A DNA stretch of 64,000 nucleotides from assembly GCA_038148375.1 (NCBI GenBank), contig JAYQVH010000005.1, forward strand, positions 43,441-107,440, given 5' to 3'. Below the pieces are notes generated by a model, which was given only the letters and a program-made list of their open reading frames with translations, was not told where the DNA came from and searched no databases. Each line of letters opens with the position of its first letter. Positions within the stretch are counted from its first letter, which is position 1. The translations under genes were made by a program, and so were the position numbers. Of this stretch, positions 51,505-61,269 are shown in pieces. This DNA is from Rhodospirillaceae bacterium. Lineage in GTDB: Bacteria > Pseudomonadota > Alphaproteobacteria > Rhodospirillales > Rhodospirillaceae.

Positions 51505-53631
51505 CTAATTGACCGCAGGTGTCGCCGGGCGTGACAGGTCGGATGGCAGGGTCTGGGCCAATTGCTGCGTATTGTCGAGCACGGCGCGGTAGACCTGCAG
51601 GTTTTCCATAACCCGCTGCACGTAGTTCCGGGTTTCCGTAAACGGAATTTGCTCGACCCAATCGATCGGGTCGACTTCAGGAGTCCGCGGATCGCCGAAT
51701 TCCCTGATCCATCGTCGGACCCTGTGCGGTCCGGCGTTATAGCCGGCGATCGCCATGATATACGAGCCGTCGAATTGGTCGATCAGATCGCCCAGATACT
51801 TTGAGCCAAGACGGACATTGTATGCCGCGTCGACCGTGAGAGCGTCGCGGTCATACCGTTCATTGAGCTGACGCGAGACCACGCGGGCCGTTGCGGGCAT
51901 CAGCTGCATCAGCCCTCGCGCGCCCGCCCAGCTGCGCGCGGCGACATCGAAATTGCTTTCCTGGCGTGTGATGGCCAGCAGCAACGCGCGTTCAGGCTCG
52001 TCCGGGTATTCCAATTGCGGGGCCGGAAAGCCGTATTTCAGAAGGACGATATGCTCTTGCGCCGCCCTCCGGGCGATCCACACCCCCAGGTCCGGGCGGT
52101 TGAACCTGCTCACCATTTCGGCGGCGAGGTGGCGCTCGGTGGCAAAATCCGAGGCATCCGCCGCGGCTAAGACGAAACTGCGCAGGTAATCCGTGTTGCC
52201 GATTTCCACCAGCATGCGCACGACCTGCGCCAAATCGCTTTGATGGAACGTATTGCGTTCCGTCATGGTCGGCAGTGGGTCCAACGGAAGCTGGGGCAGG
52301 GTGCCACCGGTCAGTTTCGCCAATGCGAGCTGGCCGTAATAGGTGGTGACATGAATCGCGGCCTTTTCGTACCAGCTGCGGGCGAGGTCCGCATCGCCGC
52401 CGGCTTCCGCCGCGCGGCCAATCCAGTAGGCGCCGCGTGACAGGCTGACGGGGAAGGCCACCGCGTCGTAAACTTTGTAGAAGTGCGGCAAGGCCTGTTC
52501 GGGATCCTTGAGGAACCGCAATTGAATCCAACCGGCCAGCCACTCCGCCTCGAACACAGACAGCGCGTCCGTTGCCTTATGTCGGGATGCGATGTCGTAA
52601 GCGTCCGTAACGCGGCCTTCTGACAGCGCTTCGCGCGCCAGGATATGACGCTCTTTCCACCACAGGTCGGGCCGCTCCTGATCCACATTTTCCGCGCCGA
52701 GGAGTTCGGCAGCGCTGTCATAGCGGCTGCGTTTACGCCGCCATTTCAGACGGTCGTAAACAAGACCCGAGTCCGATTGGAGCGCGGCGGGCACCTTAGC
52801 GATGGCGCTGTCGACACCGTAAGACGACGTCATCAACGCGATGCGGGCTTGAGCAAGCTTCCGTGTGTCCTCGTCGACGCGGCGCAGCATGCGATTGGCC
52901 CCGGTCGTGTGCTCGTCCCACAACAGGCGATTGAGTCTCGCCTTATGATCTTCGGGCGTTAGGGCATCATCGAATTCCCGGAGAAATTCACGTTCCTCCG
53001 CACTCGTAAATGTACCCTCTCGCCACGCCGTATGGGCAAGGTCTACGGCATCCTTTTCGCGTCCGGTGTTTTTGTACGCATACGCCAGTTGAGCCATGCC
53101 CGAACCGGTCAAAGGCGGAAAATCTTCGAACCATGCAATCAAGTCTTCGTCCGAAAGGGTTCCGTCTCTTGCGACATCCTCGGAGCGCTGGCGTATCGAC
53201 GTAATGTCCGGCCAATCCGCGTGCGCCCGGATGAATTCGGTTCTCGCCTTGAACGGCGTGCGCGCGCCGGTTTCACGGAGATACAGCCAAGCGATGACGT
53301 GTCCGGGCAGGGGGTTTTCAATTTCTTCGACAAGGTCGATGGCACTTGCCCAGCGCCTGCGCTCCGCAGCTGACAGCGCGCGCGAAAACGTCTCGCGGTC
53401 GTCCTTCTCCAGAAGGTAGGCGTAATCAGCGCCAAACGGGCCGAAATAAGGCGGCTTGCGGGTTGGCAATACCGGGGCAGCGACGGTTCGTATCGCCGGA
53501 CCGTCCGGTTTGGCGACGGGCAGTACGGGCGCATCGGCGGCATGTGCCGTGGCCGACAGAAGAAGCACTCCGGCGGCGAAACCGGCACCGGGCTTAAACC
53601 AGTTCACGCGTACGGCCATAAACTCAAACAC
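51505..53631 (-). CDS. slt: soluble lytic murein transglycosylase (Slt70-like)
   Basis: 708 aa. Signal peptide, a superhelical N-terminal region, and a C-terminal SLT domain (ITRQESNFDVAARSWAGARGLMQLMPATA). Confidence 0.85.
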   Translation of the reverse strand: MFEFMAVRVNWFKPGAGFAAGVLLLSATAHAADAPVLPVAKPDGPAIRTVAAPVLPTRKPPYFGPFGADYAYLLEKDDRETFSRALSAAERRRWASAIDLVEEIENPLPGHVIAWLYLRETGARTPFKARTEFIRAHADWPDITSIRQRSEDVARDGTLSDEDLIAWFEDFPPLTGSGMAQLAYAYKNTGREKDAVDLAHTAWREGTFTSAEEREFLREFDDALTPEDHKARLNRLLWDEHTTGANRMLRRVDEDTRKLAQARIALMTSSYGVDSAIAKVPAALQSDSGLVYDRLKWRRKRSRYDSAAELLGAENVDQERPDLWWKERHILAREALSEGRVTDAYDIASRHKATDALSVFEAEWLAGWIQLRFLKDPEQALPHFYKVYDAVAFPVSLSRGAYWIGRAAEAGGDADLARSWYEKAAIHVTTYYGQLALAKLTGGTLPQLPLDPLPTMTERNTFHQSDLAQVVRMLVEIGNTDYLRSFVLAAADASDFATERHLAAEMVSRFNRPDLGVWIARRAAQEHIVLLKYGFPAPQLEYPDEPERALLLAITRQESNFDVAARSWAGARGLMQLMPATARVVSRQLNERYDRDALTVDAAYNVRLGSKYLGDLIDQFDGSYIMAIAGYNAGPHRVRRWIREFGDPRTPEVDPIDWVEQIPFTETRNYVQRVMENLQVYRAVLDNTQQLAQTLPSDLSRPATPAVN

Positions 53632-53833
53632 ATCATGTTGAAAAGAACACCCGCAAAGGATACCAAGTCTCGTGGTGTTTCGGTAGAGGCTTCAAATATT
53701 TAGCCCTCTGCGGCGGCCCGTTTGCTTGCCGTCAATAGCCACCAAAGCTATGGTGCGGCATCCTAAGAAATGTGCGACGCAGCGACCGTGACGTGTAATC
53801 CAGGCGCACGCGTGGCCTTCGAGAGACGAGTTC

Positions 53834-54709
53834 ATGTTCACTGGCTCAATTACTGCCCTCATCACCCCATTCAAAGATGGCGCCGTCGATGAATCTGCTT
53901 TTCAGGAATTTATCGAGTGGCAGATCGCTGAAGGGACGCACGCTGTCGTGCCCTGCGGTACGACGGGTGAATCTCCCGTGCTGTCTCACGACGAGCATAA
54001 GCGTGTCATTGAATTGTGTATTGAAGTCGCCAAGGAAAAAATTCCGGTAATCGCCGGCACGGGATCGAACTCCACCGAGGAGGCGATAGACTTCACCAAA
54101 CACGCCGCAAAAGCCGGTGCCGACGCGGCGCTGGTTGTCGTGCCCTATTACAACAAACCGACCCAAGGCGGGATGATTGCGCACTTCCGCGCTGTGGCGG
54201 ATTGCAGCGATTTGCCGATCATCATCTACAACGTCCCGGGGCGTACGGTTGCGGACATGTCTGTTGAGACCATGGCCGTTCTCGCGGAGCATCCCAATAT
54301 TGTCGGTGTGAAAGATGCGACCGGTGATCTGGCCCGCCCGTTGGCGTCGCGTATCGAGATCGGACGCGAGTTTTGTCTGTTGTCTGGCGATGACGACACG
54401 GCCGTGGCTTATCTTGCTCAGGGCGGTTTCGGGTGTATTTCCGTATGCTCTAACGTCGCCCCCAGACTCAACGCCGAAATGCATGACGCCTGGCGCAACG
54501 ACCGCTTCGATGATGTATGGCGCATACGCGACATACTTTATCCCCTTAATGCGGCTTTGTTCTGCGAACCCAATCCGGCGCCAGTGAAGTTCGCGTGCAG
54601 CATGCTGGGCAAGTGTCTGCCCGACGCGCGGCTGCCGATGGTCCCGCTGTCGACCAAATCCATGGCGCGCGTGGAAGAGGCTATGCGCGACGTTGGCCTG
54701 TTCGACTAA
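53834..54709 (+). CDS. dapA: 4-hydroxy-tetrahydrodipicolinate synthase
   Basis: 291 aa with GSITALITPF, VPCGTTGES and YNVPGRT motifs. Confidence 0.95.
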   Translation: MFTGSITALITPFKDGAVDESAFQEFIEWQIAEGTHAVVPCGTTGESPVLSHDEHKRVIELCIEVAKEKIPVIAGTGSNSTEEAIDFTKHAAKAGADAALVVVPYYNKPTQGGMIAHFRAVADCSDLPIIIYNVPGRTVADMSVETMAVLAEHPNIVGVKDATGDLARPLASRIEIGREFCLLSGDDDTAVAYLAQGGFGCISVCSNVAPRLNAEMHDAWRNDRFDDVWRIRDILYPLNAALFCEPNPAPVKFACSMLGKCLPDARLPMVPLSTKSMARVEEAMRDVGLFD

Positions 54710-54721
54710 GGCACCATAAAC

Positions 54722-55195
54722 ATGGCGAAGGCAGGGTGGATTTCGACGGGTACGGTTGCCCAGAACCGTAAGGCGCGTCACGACTACGCGATTGAAGATA
54801 CAATCGAGGCCGGCCTCGTTTTAACGGGAACAGAAGTCAAATCGCTGCGCCTCGGACGGGGTAATATTCAGGAATCGTATGCCGCCGCTGAAGACGGCGG
54901 GCTATACCTCATCAACGCTTATATCCCGGAGTACGAAGGGGCCAAGCACTTCGGGCATGAACCGAGGCGCAAGCGTAAACTCCTGTTGCATCAGCGCGAA
55001 ATCGACAAGCTGTCCGCCGAGACCGCCCGTAAGGGTATGACGCTCGTGCCGCTCGCGCTGTATTTCAATGACCGCGGCATTGCGAAGCTGAAACTTGGTC
55101 TGGCGCGCGGCAAGACCAACATCGACCGCCGGGAAACCATCAAGGAACGTGACTGGAACCGGCAAAAGTCACGCCTGTTGCGGGACAAAGGCTAG
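54722..55195 (+). CDS. smpB: SsrA-binding protein
   Basis: 157 aa with QNRKARHDY and [11 protein letters not shown] motifs. Confidence 0.95.
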   Translation: MAKAGWISTGTVAQNRKARHDYAIEDTIEAGLVLTGTEVKSLRLGRGNIQESYAAAEDGGLYLINAYIPEYEGAKHFGHEPRRKRKLLLHQREIDKLSAETARKGMTLVPLALYFNDRGIAKLKLGLARGKTNIDRRETIKERDWNRQKSRLLRDKG

Positions 55196-55202
55196 CTGGT
55201 TT

Positions 55203-55856
55203 ATGGCGGATCCACCGCGCAATGAAAAACTCATCAAGACCAAGGAACAGTGGGCGCGGGACGGCCGCGCGCTGACCGGCACGGAGTCCGATCCCACCAA
55301 ATCTCGCCTTCCGCCTGGGCAGCATATCGTCAAAGACTTTCCCGTTTTGGATCTGGGCGATCAGCCGAATCTCAGCCAGCGGGAATGGACATTGACCACG
55401 GCGGGCCAGATCGGGCGGCCGGTGCGCTGGTCCTTCGATGATCTGATGAAGCAGCCCCAAGTGGAACTGACCTGCGACATCCATTGTGTCACGACGTGGT
55501 CACGCTACGACAACCGGTGGAAAGGTGTGAGCGCCAAGCATTTGTTATCGGAGTGTCAGCCGAAGCCAACCGCCGCTTATCTTATGGTCCGCAGTTTCGA
55601 CGGCTATGCGACCAATGTTCCGCTGTCCTGGTTCGATGACGACGATGTTCTTCTTGCTCATACATGGAACGGTGCCCCGCTGACGCGGGACCATGGTGGT
55701 CCGGTGCGCCTGGTCATACCCAAATTGTACTTCTGGAAATCGGCCAAGTGGGTCCGGCACATCACGTTCATGGAAAAAGATGCGCCCGGCTACTGGGAGG
55801 CGCGTGGCTATCACGCCGTCGGCGACCCCTGGAAAGAAGAACGCTACGGCGGCTAG
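55203..55856 (+). CDS. sulfite-oxidase-like molybdopterin-binding oxidoreductase domain protein
   Basis: Start set at MADPPRNEKL. Motifs CDIHCVTTWSRYDNRWKGV and GGPVRLVIPKLYFWKSAKWV. Confidence 0.8.
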   Translation: MADPPRNEKLIKTKEQWARDGRALTGTESDPTKSRLPPGQHIVKDFPVLDLGDQPNLSQREWTLTTAGQIGRPVRWSFDDLMKQPQVELTCDIHCVTTWSRYDNRWKGVSAKHLLSECQPKPTAAYLMVRSFDGYATNVPLSWFDDDDVLLAHTWNGAPLTRDHGGPVRLVIPKLYFWKSAKWVRHITFMEKDAPGYWEARGYHAVGDPWKEERYGG

Positions 55857-56914
55857 GCGGGTTTGCCGACCGTCATAGAAAGTGTTGACGGGGCTTCCGG
55901 CGGATACACGGTCTCCAATTCAAACCTTGCCGAATTGAGTACGTCCTTCATTTCAGATTCGGTGCGTTCGCGTCCCCGCAACAGAGTCATAATTCCAAGG
56001 TCGAGAAACTTGTTGGGGTCGGGTTCGTTCCCTGGTTTCAGCAAGGCATCGATGATGACGACGCGCCCATCGCCGGGCATCGCCTCACGTACCGAGGTCA
56101 GGATGCGTCCGGCATCGGCGTCGGACCAGTCGTGCAAAATACGCTTCAGGAGGTATACGTCGCAATCCGGTGGAGCGGTTTCAAAGAAGTCGCCAGCAAT
56201 CAGATCACAGCGATCAATCATACCCGCGGCGTTGAGGTGCGCAGGTTCGGCGATCACCTGACTTTGATCGAACAGGACGCCGTGAATATTGGAATGCCGT
56301 TTGAGGATAGCGGCCAGCAGTCCGCCCTGGCCGCCGCCGATGTCGCAGACGCGACGAACACCCTCGAACGGGAAAGTGGCCGCGATCACGTCGTTTTCAG
56401 GCCCTGACATCATCGCCATGGCGGCGTCGAACAGCGCGTTGAGGTCGGGGTTCTCGGCCAGGAAATCGAAAAACGGATTGCCGTGGGCGAGATCGAACGC
56501 CGGAATGCCGGTGGGCGACGCAACGGCTTCGGGAAGGGCGCGGTAGACGTCCCAAGTCACGTCCTGCCATCGCTGACGGACCAGCATGCGGACCGATCCC
56601 GGCACACCGTCGCGCAGTACATCGGACTGCGGCGTATTGACAAAGGTCCCGTCCGGGCGCTCTTCGAAAATACCGATCGACGCGAGGTAGCGTAAAATAC
56701 GGTACAGCGTCGGAGCGTGAGCGCCACATTTCTTGGCGAGGTCTGCCGCCGTTTTTGGCTCGTTTGCCAGATGCTCGGCTACGTTCAGTTCGGCGACGAC
56801 GCCGATGCATCGCGCCGGCAGGACCTGACCGGTAATCTTTAGAATAGCCGCCTGGGGCGGCGCGGAAGGGCTGTCCTCTGCCATGGGGGTGTTCACATCC
56901 TTTTCATCGGGCAC
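55853..56914 (-). CDS. family-2 O-methyltransferase (dimerisation domain + class I MTase)
   Basis: N-terminal winged-helix/dimerisation region. SAM motif VCDIGGGQGGL and DVYLLKRILHDWSD. Confidence 0.75.
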   Translation of the reverse strand: MPDEKDVNTPMAEDSPSAPPQAAILKITGQVLPARCIGVVAELNVAEHLANEPKTAADLAKKCGAHAPTLYRILRYLASIGIFEERPDGTFVNTPQSDVLRDGVPGSVRMLVRQRWQDVTWDVYRALPEAVASPTGIPAFDLAHGNPFFDFLAENPDLNALFDAAMAMMSGPENDVIAATFPFEGVRRVCDIGGGQGGLLAAILKRHSNIHGVLFDQSQVIAEPAHLNAAGMIDRCDLIAGDFFETAPPDCDVYLLKRILHDWSDADAGRILTSVREAMPGDGRVVIIDALLKPGNEPDPNKFLDLGIMTLLRGRERTESEMKDVLNSARFELETVYPPEAPSTLSMTVGKPA

Positions 56915-57031
56915 AGGATTGCAATGTCCTGGGGACTTGGCGAGACTAGGGTATCAATGTTGGCTTCGAAACCGAACCCATGGCCGGTACCGCAATTCAA
57001 CCGGACGGTCGTATCCCGAAAGGACTTTTCC

Positions 57032-57586
57032 ATGCTTCGACGCACAGTGGCATCCATATTTTTTTCCGCAGCAGTGGCTTTGACGGGGGGCTCAACCGCG
57101 ATGGCTGATACGGCACACGATTTCTCATTCGAGTCCATCGATGGCGGCGCGATCACAATGTCGAGCTATGAAGGCAAAGCCGTGCTGGTCGTGAACACGG
57201 CGTCTTTCTGTGGCTACACGCCGCAGTACGAAGGCCTGCAAAGCCTGTGGAGCGAGTACAAAGATAAAGGCCTCGTTGTTCTCGGTGTGCCGTCCAATGA
57301 CTTTGGCGCCCAGGAGCCGGGCTCAGCGGAAGAAATCAAAGATTTCTGTGAAGCCAATTTCGACGTCGACTTCCCGCTCACGGCCAAGCAAGTCGTGAAG
57401 GGTGGCGATGCGCATCCGTTCTATCAATGGGCCGCGGCTGAGAAGGGCGCGGAAAATGCGCCGCGCTGGAACTTCCACAAGTACCTGGTCGGTCCGGACG
57501 GTTCGCTCTTGGCGGCGTTCCCAAGCAAAGTTGAGCCGATGAGCAAAGATATCGTCTCGTCGGTAGAGGCGGCGCTGGCCAAATAA
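57032..57586 (+). CDS. glutathione peroxidase (exported form)
   Basis: Signal peptide MLRRTVASIFFSAAVALTGGSTAMA. Motifs VVNTASFCGYTPQY, LGVPSNDFGAQEPG and WNFHKYLV. Confidence 0.9.
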   Translation: MLRRTVASIFFSAAVALTGGSTAMADTAHDFSFESIDGGAITMSSYEGKAVLVVNTASFCGYTPQYEGLQSLWSEYKDKGLVVLGVPSNDFGAQEPGSAEEIKDFCEANFDVDFPLTAKQVVKGGDAHPFYQWAAAEKGAENAPRWNFHKYLVGPDGSLLAAFPSKVEPMSKDIVSSVEAALAK

Positions 57587-57610
57587 GCACCGAATCCGTT
57601 TCAAGTTCGG

Positions 57611-57644
57611 AGGCCGCCGGCAGAAATACCGGCGGCCTTTTCTT
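57611..57644. terminator. Rho-independent terminator after gpx, between convergent genes
   Basis: aggccgccgg-cagaaata-ccggcggcct hairpin followed by tttctt. Confidence 0.7.
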
Positions 57645-58590
57645 ACGAGAACACGAGTCTCGGGAAATAGAACGCGACAACCCAATTCGGCTGATCGACG
57701 ATCTCGGTGATCCGCAGGTCGCCGCACACGCTCATCAGCATGTAGGCATCCGCGGGGGCGCATTTCTGTTCACGCACCAGCAGGTCGACCATGGCCCGGC
57801 ACGCGTCGCGCGCACCCGCCATTAGGTCGGGTCCAACGCCGGTCGTCACCCAATATCCCTCTGCATCCAGGTGGCGGGTGACGGGACCGGGCGTGGAAAA
57901 TTGCGGCGCCCGCGGCGCGCCCCTCTTGATTAAGTCAAATTGCAGAGAAACGGTCATCGGGCTTTCAATGGCGGTGCCGCAAATTTCGCCGTCGCCTTGG
58001 GCGGCATGCATATCGCCAACCGAAAACAGCGCACCCTGAACCTCAACCGGGAGAACAAGTTCGGTTCCGACAGAAACATCGCGTGTGTCGATATTTCCAC
58101 CTGTTCGCCGTGGCGGGATCATGCTGTGCGCACCGGCCTCTTCAGGCGCAACCCCGATCGTTCCGGTGAAGGGTTTGATCGGAACTTTTGCCAGCGCGTT
58201 CCACAAGGCCGGTTCGCGTCCAGCCGTGTCGTATGACCATGTATGAAGCGCCGGCTCGTCAAAATCGTCGGCCAGCAGCCCAAATCCGGGAAAGATCGCC
58301 GTCCATCCCCATCCTGACGGTGCGATATCGAGAATCTTGACGACCAAGCCGTCACCCGGCTCCGCACCGTCAACAAAAACCGGGCCGGTTACCGGATTTG
58401 CGAGGCTCATATCGAATGCCGCCAAACCGGCGACTGTGGAGGCGGGGTCAATCTGACCGTTGGAGGCGTCTTTGCACTCGAAGGTCACGCGCTCTCCCGG
58501 TGCCACGGTCAGGACCGGCGCAATCGAGTTGTCCCAGCTACAATGGGAGTGCGTGGAGTGAAGGGTGTGGTGACCGATCGTCGAGGACAT
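57643..58590 (-). CDS. acetamidase/formamidase family amidase
   Basis: 315 aa with GGNIDTRDV and GDMHAAQGDGEICGTAIE motifs. Confidence 0.8.
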   Translation of the reverse strand: MSSTIGHHTLHSTHSHCSWDNSIAPVLTVAPGERVTFECKDASNGQIDPASTVAGLAAFDMSLANPVTGPVFVDGAEPGDGLVVKILDIAPSGWGWTAIFPGFGLLADDFDEPALHTWSYDTAGREPALWNALAKVPIKPFTGTIGVAPEEAGAHSMIPPRRTGGNIDTRDVSVGTELVLPVEVQGALFSVGDMHAAQGDGEICGTAIESPMTVSLQFDLIKRGAPRAPQFSTPGPVTRHLDAEGYWVTTGVGPDLMAGARDACRAMVDLLVREQKCAPADAYMLMSVCGDLRITEIVDQPNWVVAFYFPRLVFS

Positions 58591-58625
58591 AGCGATCTCC
58601 GTGATACGGTGGCCTTATGCGGCGC

Positions 58626-59252
58626 CTAAACGAGATTGAACACGGCCTCAAACATTGCGGTCGTGAGACGGCCCGTATTCACGTTGTAACGCGAGCAGTG
58701 ATAGCTGTCGATGAGGCGTCGGCCGTCCGGCAGCGGATGGCAGGCGGCGTGACCAAACGGGTGATCCTTCTTCCGCAGCCCCAGTGTCGATAGCACCGCT
58801 TCGTGCGCGATGCGTCCCAAGGCGATGATCGTGCGCAAAGATGGAAGGGCGTTGATCTCGTCGACCAGGAAAGGACGGCAGGCCTTCTGTTCGGCACCGG
58901 TCGGTTTGTTCTGCGGCGGCACGCAGCGCACGGCATTGGTGATCCGGCTCTTGACCATGCGCAGGCCGTCGTCCGGTGACTGTCCGTATGCGCCTTCGGC
59001 CCAGCCGAACTTGATTAGGGTCGGGTACAGAAGATCGCCGGCGTAATCGCCGGTGAACGGCCGCCCTGTGCGGTTCGCCCCTTGCAGACCGGGTGCCAGC
59101 CCGACAATCAGCAATTCGCAGTCCGGCACACCGAAGGCGGGCACTGGTGCGTTGAACCAATCAGGATGGGCGGCGCGATTGGCGTCCCGAAACTCGGCAA
59201 GCCGGGGGCAAAACTGGCAGTCGCGTGGCGGATCTTGCGGTGGGGATGCCAT
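58626..59252 (-). CDS. uracil-DNA glycosylase, family 4/5 type
   Basis: LLIVGLAPGLQGANRTGRPFTGDYAG, with C-terminal HCSRYN. Confidence 0.8.
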   Translation of the reverse strand: MASPPQDPPRDCQFCPRLAEFRDANRAAHPDWFNAPVPAFGVPDCELLIVGLAPGLQGANRTGRPFTGDYAGDLLYPTLIKFGWAEGAYGQSPDDGLRMVKSRITNAVRCVPPQNKPTGAEQKACRPFLVDEINALPSLRTIIALGRIAHEAVLSTLGLRKKDHPFGHAACHPLPDGRRLIDSYHCSRYNVNTGRLTTAMFEAVFNLV

Positions 59253-59255
59253 CCG

Positions 59256-59885
59256 TCAGGAATTGGACTCGTAATCGTCGTCGTAATCGTCGTCGTCATA
59301 GTCGCTATCGTCCTCGTCGTCCGGGGCGTTGGCGCTTTGGTTTCTGCCTCCGCCGTGGCCGGCGCGGGCAATCGCTTTTTGCAGATCGGCCATATCGATG
59401 AAGTTATCGGCTTGGCGACGCAACTCATCGGCGACCATGGGCGGTTGAGACCGGATCGTACTGACCACGGAAACGCGCACGCCCTTGCGTTGGACCGCTT
59501 CGACCAGGCTGCGGAAATCGCCGTCGCCGGAGAAAATGACGATGTGTTGAACGTGCTCGGCCATCTCCATCACATCGACGGCTAGTTCGATGTCCATGTT
59601 GCCCTTGACCTTGCGCCGGCCCTGGTGATCGGTGAACTCCTTGGCGGGTTTGGTGACCATGGTGAACCCGTTGTAATCCAGCCAGTCCACGAGCGGGCGG
59701 ATGGGCGAGTAATCCTGGTCTTCCATCAGCGCGGTGTAATAGAAAGCCCGCACCAGCTGCCCTTTGGAGATGAACAGATCGAGCAGACGCCGGTAATCGA
59801 TGTCGAACCCGAGGGCTTTGGCCGCGGAATACAAGTTTGCCCCGTCGACAAAAAGGGCCATGCGTTCATTGGGATAGAAAAGCAT
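59256..59885 (-). CDS. NYN-domain (LabA-like) protein with an acidic C-terminal tail
   Basis: MALFVDGANLY...VIFSGDGDF motifs. Tail DDEDDSDYDDDDYDDDYESNS. Confidence 0.8.
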   Translation of the reverse strand: MLFYPNERMALFVDGANLYSAAKALGFDIDYRRLLDLFISKGQLVRAFYYTALMEDQDYSPIRPLVDWLDYNGFTMVTKPAKEFTDHQGRRKVKGNMDIELAVDVMEMAEHVQHIVIFSGDGDFRSLVEAVQRKGVRVSVVSTIRSQPPMVADELRRQADNFIDMADLQKAIARAGHGGGRNQSANAPDDEDDSDYDDDDYDDDYESNS

Positions 59886-60014
59886 TGAAATATCTCCTTG
59901 AATATTGAGTAAGTTACAAAACAGGGTTGCGTTAAAAAGCTCGAAATATCAGCAACTAAAGTCGCCGGTCTCGGTAATGATAAAACACAAACCAACTATG
60001 CGATTACTTATAGC

Positions 60015-60545
60015 TTGTCCGTTGAAGCATTCAAGCCGGAGTCTGTTGCGGTGATTCTGATTGCGTTTGGCGCAAACCTCGACAGTCCGGTGGGATCGCC
60101 GCGCGAAACCATTGCTGCGGCGCTGGCGGAACTGGCCCGGCGCAGCATCGAGCCGGTGCGCCGCTCAGCATTGTTTGAAACCGCACCGGTTCCCCCGTCC
60201 GGGCAGCCGAACTACATCAACGGCGTCCTCGAGGTGGTGACGGCCCTGCCGCCGGACCTCTTACTTGCAGACCTCTTGGACATTGAGCGTCAATTCGGCC
60301 GGGAGCGCGGCGATGAGAAAAACGCCCCCCGCAGCCTCGATCTCGATCTGATCGCCTATGGCACGGTGGTGCAGGACGGGCCGCCCATTCTGCCCCATCC
60401 CCGTATGGCGGAGCGGGCCTTTGTCTTGCTTCCCCTGTTTGAGATCGCGCCGGAATGGGTCCATCCGGTCCTGAATCTGGCAGTTCCGGACCTGCTGGCC
60501 CGCCTGAAAGCCCCGGACTCCCAGGCGATCCGGGTATCAGGCTGA
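60015..60545 (+). CDS. folK: 2-amino-4-hydroxy-6-hydroxymethyldihydropteridine diphosphokinase
   Basis: ILIAFGANL, SALFETAPV, PRSLDLDLI and RAFVLLPL motifs. The true start is uncertain: TTG at 60015 or GTG near 60051. Confidence 0.85.
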   Translation: MSVEAFKPESVAVILIAFGANLDSPVGSPRETIAAALAELARRSIEPVRRSALFETAPVPPSGQPNYINGVLEVVTALPPDLLLADLLDIERQFGRERGDEKNAPRSLDLDLIAYGTVVQDGPPILPHPRMAERAFVLLPLFEIAPEWVHPVLNLAVPDLLARLKAPDSQAIRVSG

Positions 60546-60703
60546 GGCCCAACCGAATGGGGAAAAGCGAAAAAGCCTTGTTTTTCCGCCACTTTCTCTT
60601 TAAACACGCGGCCAATCTCAAACCAACAGGCGCGCGGCAGGAATTTGACCGCGAGCAGCCGTAAACAGGCTGCGTCTGCGCCTTCCAGCATCAGGATGGA
60701 CTT

Positions 60704-61138
60704 ATGGCTCGCGTTACCGTCGAGGATTGCGTTGAAAAGGTTTCAAACCGGTTCGAACTGGTCGTTGTAGCGGCACAGCGCTCGCGTGAAATTTCAGCCG
60801 GCGGCGAGCCGCTCCTGGACCGCGACAACGATAAAAACCCGGTAATCGCGCTGCGTGAAATCGCCGAGGACAAAGTGGTTCCGGACGAATTGATGAACGG
60901 CGTGATCCAGGGCATGCAGCGCCATGTCGAGGTCGATGAGCCGGAAGAAGACGGATTTGACGCCATTGCCGATGGCCGCAACATCACCGGGGCCGAGCAG
61001 GAATACACCGACGAGGTTGCCGCGGCGACGGGCATGACCATCGAAGGTGGCAGCGCGGATGACGGCGACGACCCGCATCCGGCTGTCAGCTATGAAGATG
61101 TCACCAGCGACGAGGCGGCGGCGCTCCAGCGCGGCTAA
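60704..61138 (+). CDS. rpoZ: DNA-directed RNA polymerase omega subunit
   Basis: [30 protein letters not shown]. Confidence 0.95.
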   Translation: MARVTVEDCVEKVSNRFELVVVAAQRSREISAGGEPLLDRDNDKNPVIALREIAEDKVVPDELMNGVIQGMQRHVEVDEPEEDGFDAIADGRNITGAEQEYTDEVAAATGMTIEGGSADDGDDPHPAVSYEDVTSDEAAALQRG

Positions 61139-61166
61139 GACAAGCCAACCGTCTGAAACCGTTCAG

Positions 61167-61203
61167 CCGCGCCGCGACAGCCAGTCCGGCGCGGTTTTGT
61201 TTG
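61167..61203 (+). terminator. probable Rho-independent terminator or attenuator after rpoZ
   Basis: ccgcgccg ... cggcgcgg stem followed by ttttgttt. Confidence 0.55.
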
Positions 61204-61269
61204 CGGTGGTCCTTTTGCATCGCCTGCTGTGTTACTATGTCCTGGTTAGACAACTAGGACGTCAATGGC

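Noticed and set aside
59256-59885. NYN-domain nuclease as a candidate defence gene.
   Set aside because: It lies in the widely conserved alphaproteobacterial neighbourhood NYN - folK - rpoZ - spoT, so it is most likely a housekeeping LabA-like protein.
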